Shown here one piece after another: positions 30,639 through 39,459 of a stretch of 49,248 nt of DNA (the stretch's first letter is position 1; each line of letters begins with the position of its first letter). The position numbers and the translations under genes were made by a program. Below the pieces are notes generated by a model. It worked only from the letters and a program-made list of their open reading frames with translations, was not told the DNA's origin and made no database searches. The stretch comes from a virus (taxonomy: Duplodnaviria; Heunggongvirae; Uroviricota; Caudoviricetes), in the IMG/VR virus record IMGVR_UViG_2734482538_000012; one strand, 5' to 3'.

Positions 30639-31067
30639 TCAGGGTTTAAAATCCAGCACCCCATTTTGAAATACTTTATATACTTCCGGCGAAGGGGGGG
30701 CAGGTATATCAGCATTCTTTATCGCATTCATCGCTTCACGACATAAATCGAGGTCTCCACTTTCTCTTTTAACCTCCAGTAGAAGGCCATTCGGGGCCAT
30801 ATGCATTCTCAGTGTACACTCTTTTCCTGAATACTTACTCGCATCCCCGAACTGTTTTTCGATGGCGCTCTTGATTTGATGGGCATACAGACGGATATCC
30901 TCACTAACATCAGAAGTACGTTCAGATGAACTCACATACTGTGTCTCTATTGCTTTATCGGAGTAATATGATGTACGGTCATGATAATTTGTCGATACAG
31001 CATCAGTGCACCCGATAATAATCCCACTAATAATCAACGTAAGAATTGATGCGCTACGAAAACCCAT
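30639..31067 (-). CDS. Lipoprotein with TolA C-terminal (domain III)-like region
   Basis: 142 aa; lipobox (IIGC); C-terminal YAHQIKSAIEKQFGDASKYSGKECTLRMHMAPNGLLLEVKRESGDLDLCREAMNAIKNADIPAPPSPEVYKVFQNGVLDFKP closely parallels the C-terminus of E. coli TolA as I recall it. Confidence 0.7.
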   Translation of the reverse strand: MGFRSASILTLIISGIIIGCTDAVSTNYHDRTSYYSDKAIETQYVSSSERTSDVSEDIRLYAHQIKSAIEKQFGDASKYSGKECTLRMHMAPNGLLLEVKRESGDLDLCREAMNAIKNADIPAPPSPEVYKVFQNGVLDFKP

Positions 31068-31655
31068 TTTTCCTCACATATGTCATATAGTAAAGGATTA
31101 TATATACCGTTGTTTTGGACGCTCAAACAGCGAATCAGATCAAATAAAACGCACATTTGTTAACATTTACACAAAGTCTGCGTGGGATATTCTGAAAGAA
31201 TATCCATAATGTGGAGAGAATCTATTGAAGTGCATGGTGCCGGGTGCCTCCCGGTGAACAAAATGTTCGTGATACCTGTCGGCGACAGAAAAGGTTAATG
31301 GTATCACCCCACCGCACAGGGGGATTCACCATGCAGGAGTTTTCTTAGCAAACTCACTGCGCGCCCGGCAACTCCCAACCACATAAAATGCGGAGTTTGT
31401 GGCATTTATGCATATAACTCGCAGGAATTATCTTAAAAAACTGATGTCGATCCGGATTAAAAAGAAGCAGGTCATCATCAGATGACTGGAAAAAAGGAAA
31501 ACAAAAAATACTCATCATACAGTTTTGATTGCAGGGATGAGCCTGCTATGCACAATATGCAGAATATAAGCAAGATAAAAATATGCAGGCATATTATTTC
31601 GGATCTTGTTATTAACACAACCTTTTTAATAATCATTTGGCATACAATAAACCAG

Positions 31656-31684
31656 CCCAAAAAGAACCGCCTAAACAGGCGGTT
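31656..31684 (-). terminator. Rho-independent terminator (minus-strand orientation) in the Q to lysis intergenic region
   Basis: Inverted repeat aaccgcct-aaac-aggcggtt; on the minus strand the stem is followed by cttttt. Coordinates approximate. Confidence 0.5.
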
Positions 31685-32003
31685 GGTCAATACAAAGGAT
31701 GCTTCGTCTTTATTATAGTAATCTGAGGCGTCGGGTGTCTTGTATCAGACAACATATTGTCCCGCTAAACAGCGAATTACAAACCACCCTGCAATGATCT
31801 CTCATCTCATTTTATATGAGTTGACGACATCAGGATAACGCATCATCAGCCCCTGCCAAGAAATATCAAAACTCCCGCCAGCAATGTGTTATCACAATAT
31901 TGTAAAAAAAACACAGCACCGAAACTATAACTGGTCTCTGTTATAATTTGGAGCAGAAAGACCAGTTGCCCAACTAGCAGCATTCTCCCCTGCTTTCCTG
32001 ACG

Positions 32004-32031
32004 TAAAAAAACCGCATTAAGCGGTTTTTTT
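32004..32031. terminator. Bidirectional hairpin terminator about 80 nt downstream of Q (candidate tR'-like element)
   Basis: aaaaaaaccgc-attaa-gcggttttttt: A-run, short GC stem, T-run, so it reads as a terminator on both strands. Confidence 0.5.
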
Positions 32032-32111
32032 ACGATGTCCATGTCTGCAATCCGCCTCGCGATACAGCTTTGCGAAGCATAGCAAAATTGAAGCAGTTTA
32101 TACGTAAGAAA

Positions 32112-32654
32112 TCAAGCCATTTTCTCAGCAAATGATTCACGCATGGGAATATATAGGGCATACTCAGCAACAGCTAACCAATTAGCAATCCGTTTTTCGC
32201 ATGTGCTAAAACACCACTCTGGGTGTGCATCATTTAGCAATTCAGCCATTTTGCGCTTAGTCATCCCCCGCCCTTCATAGCGTTGCCGGAGAATGCAAAT
32301 CAATCCTGGATGCTCTGCCAGCACCTCACTTATGACTCGATCAATACATAACGCCTCTGCATCAGTACAATGCGCCAGCCAGCTCTTTTGCTTGCCGTTG
32401 ATCATCTCTCGCAAAAACGCTTCCAGCTCAGCTTTCTCTATTCCCGCTTTTTTCATTCTGCGCAGGGCTTCATTAATGGCTGTTTTCGTCAGTTTTTTGG
32501 ATGCCAACAACTGATTGAACATATTCCCTGACCTGCCACCGCCAATATACGACCAGCGCCCCCACATACGTAGTTTTCCCTGAATCCAGACACTTTCCAG
32601 CGTGGTGAGGCGAAGGTGTTCTCCGCTTTTTCCTGTATTCGTTGGGTAAATCAT
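32112..32654 (-). CDS. Putative late-gene antitermination protein Q
   Basis: 180 aa ORF last in the nin-region operon and immediately upstream of the terminator/late region and lysis cassette; assignment mainly by position. Confidence 0.5.
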   Translation of the reverse strand: MIYPTNTGKSGEHLRLTTLESVWIQGKLRMWGRWSYIGGGRSGNMFNQLLASKKLTKTAINEALRRMKKAGIEKAELEAFLREMINGKQKSWLAHCTDAEALCIDRVISEVLAEHPGLICILRQRYEGRGMTKRKMAELLNDAHPEWCFSTCEKRIANWLAVAEYALYIPMRESFAEKMA

Positions 32655-32941
32655 AAATGACCTTTCTTTCTCCAGATTTCTTGTGTGCGAAAAACCCCTT
32701 CAGCATGCATCAGGCGCAATTCTTCTTTGGTGTAATCGCTGGTTTTTACCCGCCCGTCGATTAGATCGTGGCATGAGCTACAGGCTATCGCCGCCTGCAT
32801 ATCATGTGGTTTTGTCGCTGTTCCGCACGTCCCCGCCAGCCTGTAATGCGCCAGCACAGAGGTTTCGGGATTGTGATTGCAGTAGCCAGGGATTCTGATC
32901 TGGCACATCTGGCCTTTAGCCGCTTTACGTAAATTCACCAT
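32651..32941 (-). CDS. Nin-region Cys/His-rich protein (YbcO/DUF1364-like)
   Basis: 96 aa; Cys/His pattern CQIRIPGYC...H...C...H...CSSCHDLIDG; same length and gene context as DLP12 YbcO as I recall it. Confidence 0.55.
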   Translation of the reverse strand: MVNLRKAAKGQMCQIRIPGYCNHNPETSVLAHYRLAGTCGTATKPHDMQAAIACSSCHDLIDGRVKTSDYTKEELRLMHAEGVFRTQEIWRKKGHL

Positions 32942-33540
32942 TACGCAAACTCCAGTAGTTGTGCGGCCACATTTTCAACTTCCTCCTGAGAGGAGAATTT
33001 ACGGAACAGAATCCAGTTCCACAGCACATTCAGTACAGATTTATAAACCTGCTGAAACTCGACTTCGTCCATATTCGCAAAAGCGATGGATTTTGCCCGA
33101 CGCCCACGGCTACCGTCCGGATAAATATGCTCGGTGTAAAATCCGGCCTGAATGGTTACCCACTCGCGGAAAGCCTCAAACGACTTTAGCAACGCCGTAT
33201 CCCGGGTTCTACGAGTCGCAACGGTGTTAAGGTATTGCTCTGCGGCATCACTCAGGGCTGGCGTGTGTTCCCGACCAACTGATTCGCACAGGTAATCAAC
33301 GAAACCAGACAGCAGTTCTCGTTCGCGAGGCGTGATCGCCCCACCGACCGGAGTCCAGTAATCGAATCCCAGTTGCAGGAGTTTGAAAAAACGCTTGTGG
33401 AATGCGTAGTTACGCACACGCTTAAAGTCTGCGTGTATCCACTCACCTATTTTGATTTGATGCAGAAAATCGCAACTCTCCGGCGTCGCCGGGAGAAGTA
33501 AACCAGAAGAGGTTTGTTTGACCAGTTGTATATGCGCCAT
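32941..33540 (-). CDS. Nin-region hypothetical protein
   Basis: 199 aa ORF with ATG at 33540, translationally coupled to the downstream gene; no recognisable motif. Confidence 0.45.
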   Translation of the reverse strand: MAHIQLVKQTSSGLLLPATPESCDFLHQIKIGEWIHADFKRVRNYAFHKRFFKLLQLGFDYWTPVGGAITPRERELLSGFVDYLCESVGREHTPALSDAAEQYLNTVATRRTRDTALLKSFEAFREWVTIQAGFYTEHIYPDGSRGRRAKSIAFANMDEVEFQQVYKSVLNVLWNWILFRKFSSQEEVENVAAQLLEFA

Positions 33541-33820
33541 TTCTCAATCTCTCGATGGCGCAGCGCAGCAGATGCCAGTTGTTCAGGCTGACGAATAAAG
33601 TATAAATAAACTGGCTATGGTGTAAAGCCCCACATAGCATGAACAAACACTACATATCAAATAGCTGGTACAAGGATAGAAATACGACACTTATTATTAA
33701 AAACGATTAGATAAATTACATTTTAATGTTATGCAAAAGTTCTTTTTTATCATAACATTTCAATAAAAGCATTACAGATGCAATCATCCCGTCATCATCA
33801 ATTATTTAAGGTGGTTAAAC

Positions 33821-33907
33821 ATGGAAAATAACAAGTTCGCACATCTCGCTCCTTTTTTATCCGTAATCCTTTTCGCTTGTTGTTTTATATGGGCATTATT
33901 TTTATAA
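33821..33907 (+). CDS. Small hydrophobic peptide (28 aa) with a strong ribosome binding site
   Basis: aaggtgg 7 nt upstream of the ATG; hand translation MENNKFAHLAPFLSVILFACCFIWALFL, a single predicted transmembrane helix; lies in AT-rich intergenic DNA. Not in the ORF track (below 60 aa). Confidence 0.3.
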   Translation: MENNKFAHLAPFLSVILFACCFIWALFL

Positions 33908-34353
33908 AGTAGCCACATGATAAGTTGCTGGAATCATATTTCCCACTCAAGTCATTAACATTTGATAAGATATATCTAAAAGGACGCCTTTACATTATTT
34001 ATGCGTATATAATTTATTTATATACACAGTAAAGGTATCCTGGGAAAATATTTATCGTTAAAAAATACATCATAAATAATTAAGCTGAAATTTCAGAACA
34101 CAACTAATACACACAATAAGGTTCAGTAACAGTAATCTATGTGGACTACATCGAGATTTTTTGATTAAACTTTAATAACTTATTCCTAACACACAGAATG
34201 CATAAACTAAAAGTAAAACAAATAGTTATACGAAAAACAACCATATTTATTCTATCTTCTCCTCTAATCAACATATCAATTATGTGTTTCATAACAGCTT
34301 GACATAACCCTCCAAAAGATGCATTTTTAATGCATGTTTTGGAGGAGGTGGTT

Positions 34354-34692
34354 ATGACACACAAGAGAATTCCTAAAGATTGGGTAATCAAACGCTCAAC
34401 TCCGTTCTTCACAAAAGAGAACGTACCTTCAGCGTTATTAACACATCATAATACAGCAGCAGGTGTTTTTGGGCAGTTGTGCGTAATGGAAGGCACTGTA
34501 ACATATTATGGTTTTACTGATGAGAATGCTACTGAACCGGAGATAAAAGTAGTCATTAATGCTGGCGCTTTTGCAACAAGCCCACCACAATACTGGCACC
34601 GTGTTGAACTAAGCGATGATGCTCAGTTTAATATTAACTTTTGGGTCGCTCCAGACTTTTCGGGCGAAAAAGTCTATAGCACCAAAAAATAG
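34354..34692 (+). CDS. Hypothetical protein (112 aa), opposite strand to the surrounding late/nin genes
   Basis: Track ORF 34330-34692; likely start MTHKRIPKDW at 34354 preceded by ggaggaggtgg; terminator-like hairpin downstream. Confidence 0.55.
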   Translation: MTHKRIPKDWVIKRSTPFFTKENVPSALLTHHNTAAGVFGQLCVMEGTVTYYGFTDENATEPEIKVVINAGAFATSPPQYWHRVELSDDAQFNINFWVAPDFSGEKVYSTKK

Positions 34693-34721
34693 ATGATCAT
34701 ATTAAAAATGCTTTAACAGTC

Positions 34722-34758
34722 AGACCCGGCAGGGCTATCCCCGACGGGTCTCATTTTT
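34722..34758 (+). terminator. Putative terminator after the plus-strand gene 34354-34692
   Basis: Inverted repeat agacccg...cgggtct followed by cattttt; coordinates approximate. Confidence 0.4.
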
Positions 34759-35312
34759 GTAAATATATTGGTTCTACATTGACAGGAGACTTCAACCATA
34801 AGAAGTAATCTGAATACTTGAGCAATAAATTTACTTAAGATTAATGAGCGCACCTTGCCGGACAAAGATAAACCAAGGTAACACCTTTTTTCTAGCCAGT
34901 ATGTAATCAATCAGAAAGCCGCTCCATAAGAACAACAGCAAGACAATAAATTGCCATTACAGCCGCAATAGCCAGCGCACATTTGAGAACCAGCACGACA
35001 ACCCCCTGTATTAGACGCACACCAGTCCTGATAAATATGAGGCTGTCTCGTCAGTGATTCAATACAACTATTGGGTATAGTTTCTGTGATTTTATTCTGT
35101 AGAAATGGAACACAACAACCAGTCACCACCAGCACTTCCTTAAATGCTCTAAGTCAGAAACAAGCCAACATTTTAGTCCGCTTTGAGCGATCTGCAGACA
35201 TTGCTAGCAGCCTTCTGTGTGAATTCTCAGGGAGCAGGTCGGCATAGCATCACGTTGAGGCTCTTACCCTACTTGTTCACACCAACCCTAACTCCACAGA
35301 CTGATTCATAAA

Positions 35313-36314
35313 TTAGTAATCTGCGTGTTTCGCACTTTTCAGAAATGCTTTCATATTTTCATTAGGTCGCTCAATTTCGAAGTTACTTCCATATAACTCT
35401 TGTAATTTTGGCCATAACTTACTTAATAACCCTCTCCTGCGATAAAATGGATGTATCCAAACGGTAGATAGGTACGGAGAATTTGCATTTGAATTGTTTA
35501 TTGTGACCAGCCCAACTAAACATTGTCGATAACCACTATTATCCATTGATTGTATTTCTTCGACGAATGGATACGCGATTACATCAGTCCAACCATGATC
35601 GGTTGTATCCCATTGCATTCCGTCATGACATTCCTTCGACTGATAGCGGCGTAAAGCTACACACGCGAGCTTTTGCCAATCTGGAGAATTAATTGTGATC
35701 TCTTCATCGTATGACGCGCCTATTGGAGCGGGTATTGGTCTGATTAATCCAGCATGGCATTCATCATAGAACTTCATGTTTCCCTCAGAAACGTTGTGTA
35801 CGTTGGGTTGCTCCATGTGTGCGCCATTCAAAAATAGCTCTGATAGTAGTGTATCTACACTGTAATCTTTATTGATTATTGTCGGCTTAGAGTTTTTCTT
35901 ATTAAGGCCGCGAGTAACGATTTTTTGATCAATGTTAACAACATGGAATAATCCGTCGGGGAGGCTAGCGAACCACGATGGGGCATCGGACCAGAATAGC
36001 ATGCCTTTTGTACTTCTTAAGAGTTTAATTAAGTTAATACAAGCTTCTTCACTAGTCTTGCCGTTGATGCGAAGTATGTTAGGACTAAAGTAATATTCAT
36101 CCATATCAGGGAATGCAGCTTCGCAAAACTCCTGTACATAATTTAGCACCTGGATTCTACAGAGATCATCATAGCTGGTAATAACTAAGGGGGTATCTTC
36201 ATTACTATTATGATTATCAATAATGCAATCTATAGCGAGACTTACTGCTTTGCGTATCACTTCAGTTGAATCTAACGACTCTAAAAATTTTGTCTTTCGT
36301 GTGCGAATATCCAT
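35313..36314 (-). CDS. Hypothetical protein with C-terminal GNAT-like (acetyltransferase-like) region
   Basis: 333 aa ORF 15 nt downstream of the HEPN-motif gene; C-terminal segment CLVGLVTINN...STVWIHPFYRRRGLLSKLWPKLQELYG resembles the beta4-alpha3 acetyl-CoA-binding motif of GNAT enzymes; AT-rich codon usage. Confidence 0.5.
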   Translation of the reverse strand: MDIRTRKTKFLESLDSTEVIRKAVSLAIDCIIDNHNSNEDTPLVITSYDDLCRIQVLNYVQEFCEAAFPDMDEYYFSPNILRINGKTSEEACINLIKLLRSTKGMLFWSDAPSWFASLPDGLFHVVNIDQKIVTRGLNKKNSKPTIINKDYSVDTLLSELFLNGAHMEQPNVHNVSEGNMKFYDECHAGLIRPIPAPIGASYDEEITINSPDWQKLACVALRRYQSKECHDGMQWDTTDHGWTDVIAYPFVEEIQSMDNSGYRQCLVGLVTINNSNANSPYLSTVWIHPFYRRRGLLSKLWPKLQELYGSNFEIERPNENMKAFLKSAKHADY

Positions 36315-36329
36315 GTATGACCTGCGCTA

Positions 36330-37352
36330 TTAAAATTCATGAATGAACGGTTTGTCATCTGGTTGCAAAATGGTGGTTTTATTCGTTGCTACATTTAAAC
36401 TGTTGTAGAGCATAATTGCCAGGTTCGATGCATTTTCAATCAGCGTTTCAAGATCCTGGTCTGTAATCACTACGAGGTTCCCTTCTTTATCCTTTCCACC
36501 ACGATGCACTAAGTGATTTCGATTGAGGGTTGCCAATTCAATAGCTTCTATCGGACAGTCTTTTTGTACTTTTATATCGAATGTAGCTTCATAGCGGTCG
36601 ATTACCTTTTTAGTGCTATGCCAGCTTGCACTGATCAAGTGTTCCTTGATTGACCTGATTAGCTCTCCCCTAATTTTCTCGATGGGTTCACCCTTGAAAG
36701 GCAACGCAGCAATATCTTTGCTTACTTTAAATTCAGTCTTACCTTTTTCTATACAATTGGCTATGTAGACATCATCTTTCTCTATAGAATTAATGAATAG
36801 CTCAACATAAAGCGTTTCCAAAGCTGTAATAACATTCGTGTAGAGCAAACTAAGCAAGTGGTTTTTTTGCTGTTGTTCAGTTTTATCTTTTGCAAGTTTT
36901 TTTATTTTATCGATATTATCAATGAATTTTAAATACGGATTACCGGAAGACGTTACAGCGTCGTAGATATCATCATCGTACCAATCATCTATATTATTTG
37001 AGTTTCCAGACCAGTCAAAACATTGTGTTTGTAATTCATCTACTAATTCCTCAATATACTCAGATTTAACATATTGACCGAAGATGGATTGTAGTTCTTC
37101 GCTCGCATCATACGGCCCGCCATATATGTAAGCATAGCCACCTTCTCTACTTTCATACGGACAAGCATTTGCCGGATCTTCAAAGTTTTCAAAGAACCAG
37201 TTTTTCATTACTTCGAGTTGATCTTTTTTGCTTATGTATTTTAAAGATTTTAGTGGAACTTTCTTTCCATTAACCTCGAAAACAATTTTCACGATGTAAC
37301 GCTCCCTTGTATCAATTGCGCAACTATTATACCACAGCGAAATACAGGGCAT
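36330..37352 (-). CDS. Hypothetical protein with HEPN-type R-x4-H motif
   Basis: Track ORF 36330-37421; likely start at ATG 37352 (MPCISLWYN) with an AAGGAGG Shine-Dalgarno 6 nt upstream; canonical RNxxxH motif (LNRNHLVHRGG, encoded about 36504-36521) in a predicted helical C-terminal region; AT-rich. Confidence 0.5.
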   Translation of the reverse strand: MPCISLWYNSCAIDTRERYIVKIVFEVNGKKVPLKSLKYISKKDQLEVMKNWFFENFEDPANACPYESREGGYAYIYGGPYDASEELQSIFGQYVKSEYIEELVDELQTQCFDWSGNSNNIDDWYDDDIYDAVTSSGNPYLKFIDNIDKIKKLAKDKTEQQQKNHLLSLLYTNVITALETLYVELFINSIEKDDVYIANCIEKGKTEFKVSKDIAALPFKGEPIEKIRGELIRSIKEHLISASWHSTKKVIDRYEATFDIKVQKDCPIEAIELATLNRNHLVHRGGKDKEGNLVVITDQDLETLIENASNLAIMLYNSLNVATNKTTILQPDDKPFIHEF

Positions 37353-37490
37353 AACCTGCCTCCTTAAACTAACATACCATGAGCCAGCAATGTCCGCTAT
37401 TGGCACAAAGCGGACAACCACGCTAGCTCTCCCCTGTGCCAGAAAAATGTCAATTTACATATGAACTAATGCTCTTTGATCTAGTAACGT

Positions 37491-37907
37491 CTATAAATAC
37501 CGAAGATTTCCTTGATAAAATGCCAGTACACGTTTCATAACTTCACTCTTCCGGCACTCGCGACAGATTATGTTCTGACGCCTGTCATAGCGGCGTATTT
37601 CTCCGTCTGGTAATGACCAGATAAGGTCAGGATCAACCACAACCGTTTTTTTCACCTTTGCCCTGGATAGTTTTTTGCGGGCGTTTTTCCAATCCTTACG
37701 AGCCTGTTCAGACGGGAATAACCCATAGCCAGAGTTGTATACATCGCCACTGGCAACCAACTCTCTGGCAAGAATGCTCATCAGATATCTTGTCGCACCT
37801 GTCTTGGCCTCCAGTTGCCTTAACGTCTCGCGCCCACTCTGGCGTACCAACTCAACAACCTGCTCCTTAATTTTTTCACGCTCTTCCTGTGTAAAAACTT
37901 TTGCCAT
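37491..37907 (-). CDS. Hypothetical protein (about 138 aa), possible winged-helix DNA-binding protein
   Basis: Track ORF 37491-37922; likely start MAKVFTQEEREKIKEQVVELV; basic C-terminal half. Confidence 0.4.
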   Translation of the reverse strand: MAKVFTQEEREKIKEQVVELVRQSGRETLRQLEAKTGATRYLMSILARELVASGDVYNSGYGLFPSEQARKDWKNARKKLSRAKVKKTVVVDPDLIWSLPDGEIRRYDRRQNIICRECRKSEVMKRVLAFYQGNLRYL

Positions 37908-37922
37908 AAGCGCCTCCGGCAA

Positions 37923-38684
37923 TCACTTTTCCGACACAATACGACTGGAGGAATCGACAATCTGTCGGACAATATCCCGGTGCTTGTTCAGCTCCCGCAG
38001 CGCGGCGCAGACTCGCTCCCACTTCTGGACATGATTTTTCGCCCGACGCAGTTCGCGGTTTGCCATATGCAGCGATGGTAAAACTAGGTCATCCGCTTGC
38101 GTTTCAGTAAACGATGGCAGCGACTGCACAATGTCCGCCACAGTTTCTGTTTTAATATCTTCCTGTGTTGCCGCTTCCTGTACTGGTAACGCAACACCGG
38201 CTGGCTGAGGAAAGGCTTTACCATCAGTTTCCGCTACCGATGCAGCTTTCGGCTCTGCTGGTAAATTATCGCCCGGCATGCAGTAACGAAATTTACTGTT
38301 CTGGTTTACGCGAATCAGGCGTCCTTTGCTGATTGCCATTGCCAGCGTTGAAGCAACTTTGCGGGATGTTGTACCGAACAGCGTAGCCAGTTCATCCGCC
38401 GTTTGTGGTCCGCGTTGTTCAATCGTCGCGGTTAAATCGCACTCTGAGATTTTCACTACAGTTGCCGTGGTGGTTTCTTCCGGCAGTTCTGCCTGCATTG
38501 GCTGTTCCTGCTGAACGTTGTTATCAGCCACACGCCAGGTGTACGCGCTTTTATCAACGAAACCAGCTTTTTTCAGTTCCCATAGTTCGTTCAGCACTTC
38601 TTCACGACTGATATCAAGTCGCGCAGCAAGTTCTATGGATGTGGCTTTTCCCATTGCTTTCAGTGCGTCAAAAACAGTCTCCAT
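37923..38684 (-). CDS. ydaW: YdaW-like replication-region protein
   Basis: Track ORF 37923-38735; likely start [13 protein letters not shown]; N-terminal HTH-like segment; immediately downstream of the DnaC-like gene, as ydaW is in Rac. Confidence 0.5.
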   Translation of the reverse strand: METVFDALKAMGKATSIELAARLDISREEVLNELWELKKAGFVDKSAYTWRVADNNVQQEQPMQAELPEETTTATVVKISECDLTATIEQRGPQTADELATLFGTTSRKVASTLAMAISKGRLIRVNQNSKFRYCMPGDNLPAEPKAASVAETDGKAFPQPAGVALPVQEAATQEDIKTETVADIVQSLPSFTETQADDLVLPSLHMANRELRRAKNHVQKWERVCAALRELNKHRDIVRQIVDSSSRIVSEK

Positions 38685-38706
38685 AAAAATTTCCTCCCGG
38701 TAAAAA

Positions 38707-39453
38707 TTACTTCTCAATTCCTGGCTGGACGACATTCGGACGCCAGCTCTCCCAGTTAAAATTCACCCATCGCCCGCCGTTCATGGTCATGCGATCCATA
38801 ATCCGCTCGCCGAGCAATGTTTTCATGGCCTCATAGTTCAGGTTTGTCAGCATCCCCACGCTGCGCATCGACGCTGTCCGGCGATCAACAATCTGGTGCA
38901 GCACCACCTGCTCGTTTTTCGTCTCGCGCTGAATGCCAATTTCATCAAGAACCAGCAGATCCACTTCGCATAGTTCCCGCAAAAATTTTTCGCCTGACTG
39001 CCCATCGTCATAGCTGGCGTGCAGGGCACTCATAACATCAGCCACGGTAACCACAATCACTGTCTGACCGTCTTTCAGCAGGCGATTCCCGATAGCTGCC
39101 GCTAAGTGGTTCTTCCCGGTACCAGGTTTTCCGCTGAACGCAAAATTTGTACACCCGGTCATCAGTTCATCAGCGATGGATTTCGCCTGACTCAACGCGT
39201 ATCGCTGCGCTTCGTTCTGCACCTGGTAATTCGAAAACGAGCATTTGCGGTGCAATGGCTGGATGCCAGAGCGATTCAGAATTTTTTCCACCCGCAACTG
39301 ACGATTCTGACGGTTGATCTCCTCACAACGTTTCTGGCCTTCGGAAAGTTGCCACTCGCGCCACTCCGCTACCGTCTTGAATGGCGCGGTTACATGTGAC
39401 GGGGCCAGTCTGCGGATACGTTCAAGAACGTCGCCTGTCGCAATATTTTTCAT
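38707..39453 (-). CDS. ydaV: Replication protein, DnaC/IstB-like AAA+ helicase loader
   Basis: 248 aa; Walker [17 protein letters not shown] and Walker [10 protein letters not shown]; coupled to the upstream initiator gene; agggggt Shine-Dalgarno. Confidence 0.85.
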   Translation of the reverse strand: MKNIATGDVLERIRRLAPSHVTAPFKTVAEWREWQLSEGQKRCEEINRQNRQLRVEKILNRSGIQPLHRKCSFSNYQVQNEAQRYALSQAKSIADELMTGCTNFAFSGKPGTGKNHLAAAIGNRLLKDGQTVIVVTVADVMSALHASYDDGQSGEKFLRELCEVDLLVLDEIGIQRETKNEQVVLHQIVDRRTASMRSVGMLTNLNYEAMKTLLGERIMDRMTMNGGRWVNFNWESWRPNVVQPGIEK

Positions 39454-39459
39454 GGTCAG

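Noticed and set aside
31478-31718. Two overlapping small ORFs on opposite strands (31478-31690 -, 31482-31718 +) in the AT-rich late intergenic region
   Set aside because: Mutually exclusive, AT-rich, no clear ribosome binding sites; the region is better explained as regulatory or terminator DNA.
31100-32100. Possible tRNA genes between Q and the lysis genes, as found in some lambdoid and Stx phages
   Set aside because: Visual scan of both strands found no T-loop-like GGTTCGAATCC / GGATTCGAACC elements or cloverleaf-compatible inverted repeats; only terminator hairpins. A tRNAscan run would be needed for certainty.
34911-35135. 74-aa Cys-rich minus-strand ORF (and 34713-34910)
   Set aside because: No ribosome binding site, odd Cys/Gly-rich composition, and it lies in a spacer between convergent genes; more likely non-coding or a decayed remnant.
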